This document shows, in pieces, positions 60,381-64,000 of a stretch of DNA of 64,000 nucleotides (its first letter is position 1; every line of letters starts with the position of its first letter). Both the position numbers and the translations under genes were made by a program. Below the pieces are notes generated by a model that saw only the letters and a program-made list of their open reading frames with translations, had not been told where the DNA came from and did not search any database. Source of the stretch: Eubacteriales bacterium (GTDB lineage: Bacteria; Bacillota; Clostridia; Lachnospirales; Lachnospiraceae); NCBI GenBank assembly GCA_030524225.1, contig JAUNGV010000001.1, forward strand, positions 25,916-89,915, written 5' to 3'.

Positions 60381-61742
60381 ATGCATCGAGGATGGAAATC
60401 ACTGATTTCACTGGCTATGGCATCGTTTTTGCTGGCGGGCTGTGGTTCGCAAACGGGGCAGGAGCAGAACAACGCCGCGGTGTCCCAGACGAAAAATGGT
60501 GAGATGGAGGAGAAAACAGCGGGACAGAAGGACGATGGAGAAGGGGGGACTGAAGCTGCACAGGAGCAGATTACACTGACGTTCAGTTACTGGGGAGATA
60601 AGAACGAGCTGGCAGTTAAAAAGGCGCTGATCGAGGATTTTGAAGCAGCGCATCCGAATATTAAAATTGAGGCAACGTTTACAGACGGCGTTAGCTACCA
60701 CACAAAGCTGCAGACATTTTTCTCTTCTAATTCTGCGCCGGATGTGGTCAGTATCGCCAGTGATATTATGTATGATTTTGCAGAGGAGGGCATGTTTGAG
60801 GACTTGACGCCGTATATGGAAAGGGATCAGGTTGCCGACCAATGGATGGAGGGATCGATGGATCCATTCACCAAAGGAGGGAAAATCTATGCAGCACCCT
60901 ATGTCAGCAAGGTATTCGCCATCGCTTATAACAAGAATATTTTTGATGAGGCTGGGATAGCTTATCCGGAAGACGGATGGACAGAGGAAGAATTTGTAGA
61001 AACAGCAAAGGCATTGACCAGTGGCGAGGGCGTGAATAAGATCTATGGCACGAAACTTGGCGATACCAACAGTATTCGTGATCTTTACGGAGTGGAAGCC
61101 CTTTATGATGTGACGAATAAGGTCATGAAGGCACAGGGAAATGAGTCCTTTGAGCATGCAATAACATTATGGACGGACCTGATTCGGGATGGTTATTCTC
61201 CGTCTGCGTTAGAGGTGGATTCTATCGGTGGTGGTTTTGAGACGGGAAAGTTCGCGACTTCTTATTGTGCGACCTGGGATATGAACAGTTGGGAGAGCCT
61301 GATTGGGGATTCTTTCGATTGGGATGTGGTGACATTGCCGGTCAATGAGGAATATGGTGCGTGGACGTATCCGGCATATATTGACGGAATGGCAATTTCG
61401 GCTACCTCCGAGAAGAAAGAGGCGGCATGGGAGTTCATCAAGTGGAATACGCTTTCGGAAGAGTCGGAGCGAAAGGTGTCGCAGCTTGGGGTGCCAGTGT
61501 TAAAAGAATACGTTGAGAGCGAGGAGTACCTAAATGATTATCCGGATTCTTATACGGTAAAGTATGACAAGGGCATATTTGTTGCTATGATGGCACGTGT
61601 TGCGGGGCAGGAGAGCCTTGGTGTCTGGGCGGAAATCAACGATGAACTAACGAAGCAGTACAATGCCGTCTCTCTTGGGGAAACGACGGTGGAAGAGGCC
61701 ATAGCAGCGCTGCAGGTTAAGGGGGATCAGGTTTTGCAGTAA
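60381..61742 (+). CDS. Sugar ABC transporter substrate-binding lipoprotein
   Basis: Lipobox LAGC; ITLTFSYWG, FEAAHPNIKI, YNKNIFDEAG, AAWEFIKW. Confidence 0.92.
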   Translation: MHRGWKSLISLAMASFLLAGCGSQTGQEQNNAAVSQTKNGEMEEKTAGQKDDGEGGTEAAQEQITLTFSYWGDKNELAVKKALIEDFEAAHPNIKIEATFTDGVSYHTKLQTFFSSNSAPDVVSIASDIMYDFAEEGMFEDLTPYMERDQVADQWMEGSMDPFTKGGKIYAAPYVSKVFAIAYNKNIFDEAGIAYPEDGWTEEEFVETAKALTSGEGVNKIYGTKLGDTNSIRDLYGVEALYDVTNKVMKAQGNESFEHAITLWTDLIRDGYSPSALEVDSIGGGFETGKFATSYCATWDMNSWESLIGDSFDWDVVTLPVNEEYGAWTYPAYIDGMAISATSEKKEAAWEFIKWNTLSEESERKVSQLGVPVLKEYVESEEYLNDYPDSYTVKYDKGIFVAMMARVAGQESLGVWAEINDELTKQYNAVSLGETTVEEAIAALQVKGDQVLQ

Positions 61743-61813
61743 GTAGGGAAAATGCCGCTGCGGCGCTTTGGACATTGGGAGATGGGAAGCGTCCGGCGGC
61801 AGAAAGGGTAAAT

Positions 61814-62779
61814 ATGGGGGAAGTGATAAGCGGAAAAAAACAAAAGAAGGTGCCGCGGTCGTCCGGCGGCAGGGTTAATAGATGGACGTCTACAGTCAGC
61901 ACAAGAAGAGAGGCACGGGCTTTCTGGGTTTTTATTTCTCCGTGGCTGATCGGTTTTGTCTGTCTGACACTGGGACCGATGATGTATTCGCTCTATGCGT
62001 CCTTTACAAATTGGAACGGAATCCGGGCCCCGGAGTTTATCGGTGCGGCCAATTTTATTAAAATGTTTACAGGAGACGATAAATTCGTAACCAGTCTGAT
62101 TAATACGGCGATCTATACTGTCGTTTCGGTTCCGATTAATTTAAGCGTCGCTCTGGTGCTGGCAGTGTTGTTAAATTGTCCGTTTCGTGGAAAAACACTG
62201 TTTCGCGCCCTGTTGTATCTGCCTTCTGTCTGCGCCGGCGTGGCTATCTTTATCGTCTGGACGAATTTATTTAATCCGTATCAGGGATTTTTTAACTATA
62301 TTCTCGCTGTATTCGGAATTAATGGGCCTGACTGGCTTCAGTCACCGCAGTGGGCGATGCCGGCGCTGATTGTGATGAACGTTACTTTCTGCGGCTCCAC
62401 GATGTTGATTTTCCTGGCGGGTCTCCAGAATGTTCCGGAAATGCTCTATGAGGCAGCCAGAGTGGACGGGGCTAATCTATTTCATATGTTTTTTAGGATT
62501 ACCCTGCCGATGATCAGCCCGGTGATTTTTTATAACCTGATTATGTCGATGATCGGAGCGCTGCAGATTTTTACACAACCCATGGTCATGACGGAGGGAG
62601 GACCGATCGACGCGACGTATGTGTATGGGCTTCATCTGTATAACAACGCGTTTCGCTACTACGATTTTGGATATGCCTGTGCGCTGTCGTGGGTGTTGTT
62701 CGTCATTATTATGGTATTAAGTCTCGGGGTGATCCGGTCGTCAGATTCGTGGGTGTATTCGGAAGGGAGGCAGCCATGA
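61814..62779 (+). CDS. Carbohydrate ABC transporter permease
   Basis: FISPWLIGF, EAA loop LQNVPEMLYEAARVDGA. Confidence 0.93.
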   Translation: MGEVISGKKQKKVPRSSGGRVNRWTSTVSTRREARAFWVFISPWLIGFVCLTLGPMMYSLYASFTNWNGIRAPEFIGAANFIKMFTGDDKFVTSLINTAIYTVVSVPINLSVALVLAVLLNCPFRGKTLFRALLYLPSVCAGVAIFIVWTNLFNPYQGFFNYILAVFGINGPDWLQSPQWAMPALIVMNVTFCGSTMLIFLAGLQNVPEMLYEAARVDGANLFHMFFRITLPMISPVIFYNLIMSMIGALQIFTQPMVMTEGGPIDATYVYGLHLYNNAFRYYDFGYACALSWVLFVIIMVLSLGVIRSSDSWVYSEGRQP

Positions 62780-63612
62780 CGGTTAAGAGGAATCTGTTAA
62801 AAGTAATTTGGTATTTGATTTTGTTGACAGTCAGCCTTCTTTTTTGCTTTCCGGCTGTTTACATGATTCTGACTGGGTTTAAGACGCCACAGGAGACAGT
62901 GGTGTTTCCACCGACACTGATTCCAAAGGTATGGACGCTGAATGCTTACCGGGAGGGACTTTCCAGCGGGTTGTTTGGCGGATACCTACGCAACAGTATT
63001 TTTGTTTCGGGGATGATTGTGGCGGGGACGGTAGTTAGTTCGGCCTTGGTGGGATTTGGATTTGCGCGACTGCGTTCCCGATTCAGGAATCTTCTTTTTG
63101 TCGTGGTTCTAGCGACCATGATGATCCCGAGCAGCGTGACGTTGATTCCGGTGTATTCAATGTATGCCAGCATCGGTTGGATCGATACGTATCTTCCGCT
63201 TATCGTTCCGGCTTTTGCGGGAGGCGGTGCGTTTTCTATCTTTTTGACAAAGCAGTTTTTTGAAGGAATTCCGAATGAAATTGTAGAATCTGCAAAAATA
63301 GATGGAGCGGGATGGATGACGATTTTTCTGCGGATGTTTCTGCCGAATTCAAAGCCGGTATTGCTGGTAGTGACAATTTTTGCTTTCGTCAATAGCTGGA
63401 ACGATTTTTTCACACCGCTGATTTTTCTGATTGATCCGAAGAAGTTTACAGTGGCAATCGGGCTGAATACGTTTCGCAACTCATATGGTGCGGCGATGGA
63501 TATTGCACCGCTTATGGCGATGGCGACGCTTTCAGTACTACCGATATTGGTGTTGTTTCTTGTTGCGCAGAAATATTTTGTACAGGGTATTACTACAACG
63601 GGAATTAAATAA
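62776..63612 (+). CDS. Carbohydrate ABC transporter permease
   Basis: IPNEIVESAKIDGA, WNDFFTPLI, QKYFVQGI; ATGA overlap. Confidence 0.93.
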   Translation: MTVKRNLLKVIWYLILLTVSLLFCFPAVYMILTGFKTPQETVVFPPTLIPKVWTLNAYREGLSSGLFGGYLRNSIFVSGMIVAGTVVSSALVGFGFARLRSRFRNLLFVVVLATMMIPSSVTLIPVYSMYASIGWIDTYLPLIVPAFAGGGAFSIFLTKQFFEGIPNEIVESAKIDGAGWMTIFLRMFLPNSKPVLLVVTIFAFVNSWNDFFTPLIFLIDPKKFTVAIGLNTFRNSYGAAMDIAPLMAMATLSVLPILVLFLVAQKYFVQGITTTGIK

Positions 63613-63623
63613 AGGTGGAAAAT

Positions 63624-64000
63624 ATGGCGATTTATGAGTATCAGAACTGCGAACCGCGTTGGTTCAGCTTTGAAAATCCCAAGGCACAAAAAGGACAGGG
63701 GGCGAAAGAGAATAGCGGGGCCAAAGGGCACGCATTTGAATACTTTGCAGACGGAGAAAAGAAAACGCTCGTCGACTATGCGGGTGAAGGAGTCATTCGG
63801 CGGGTCTGGATGACATTTGAGGGGCTTGCACCGGAGAGAGAAAAAGCAGGAGAGATTCTGCGTGGCGTTACGTTGCAGATTTTCTGGGATGGAGAGGAAA
63901 AGTCCAGTGTGGAGGCACCGCTGGGAGATTTTTTTCTACTGGGAACGGGAGAGATGCGGGCGTATGAAAATGTGTTCTTTGCCTCTCCAGAGGGGCGCTC
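63624..64000 (+). CDS. DUF2961/GH172-like glycoside hydrolase, 3' truncated by window edge; not in the ORF track
   Basis: MAIYEYQNCEPRWFSFENPKAQKGQGAKEN...GEGVIRRVWMT...LQIFWDGEEKSSVEAPLGDFF. Confidence 0.75.
   Translation, partial: MAIYEYQNCEPRWFSFENPKAQKGQGAKENSGAKGHAFEYFADGEKKTLVDYAGEGVIRRVWMTFEGLAPEREKAGEILRGVTLQIFWDGEEKSSVEAPLGDFFLLGTGEMRAYENVFFASPEGR

Overview
GC-rich Firmicutes chromosomal window; gene content and order suggest Lachnospiraceae/Clostridia (inference). The core backbone is: SleB-like hydrolase (5' truncated), a complete Na+-type V/A-ATPase operon (ntpFIKECGABD), a large membrane-anchored hypothetical protein, murC-dnaD-like-dnaC-like-prs (minus), glgCD-spoVG-pth-mfd, pstSCAB-phoU-Na/Pi cotransporter-PhoPR-like pair, NUDIX, pncB, a heterodimeric ABC exporter, tex and a D,D-carboxypeptidase. 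Accessory, more AT-rich segments are a glycoside-utilisation island (~12.4-20.5 kb), a three-gene array at 49.4-51.1 kb, a decayed LytTR/GH3 locus plus GH43, two tiny ribbon-helix-helix genes missed by the ORF track, and a LacI-sugar ABC-DUF2961 locus running off the end. No rRNA, tRNA, CRISPR array, transposase or integrase was recognised. Most notable: (1) an integron-like array in which each small foreign gene is bounded by a 12-bp AAA(T/C)(C/T)GGAA(T/G)TT site, with one near-consensus sigma-A promoter just outside the first site; (2) several families of dispersed structured intergenic elements with clear compensatory base changes, including a gap-free 135-nt leader shared by murC and ntpE, and a hairpin inserted in-frame in the DnaC-like gene; (3) a DnaA-box cluster upstream of the dnaD-like operon; (4) tandem RHH paralogues with phased 10-bp repeats upstream. 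All product calls come from motif recognition by eye; no database searches were run.
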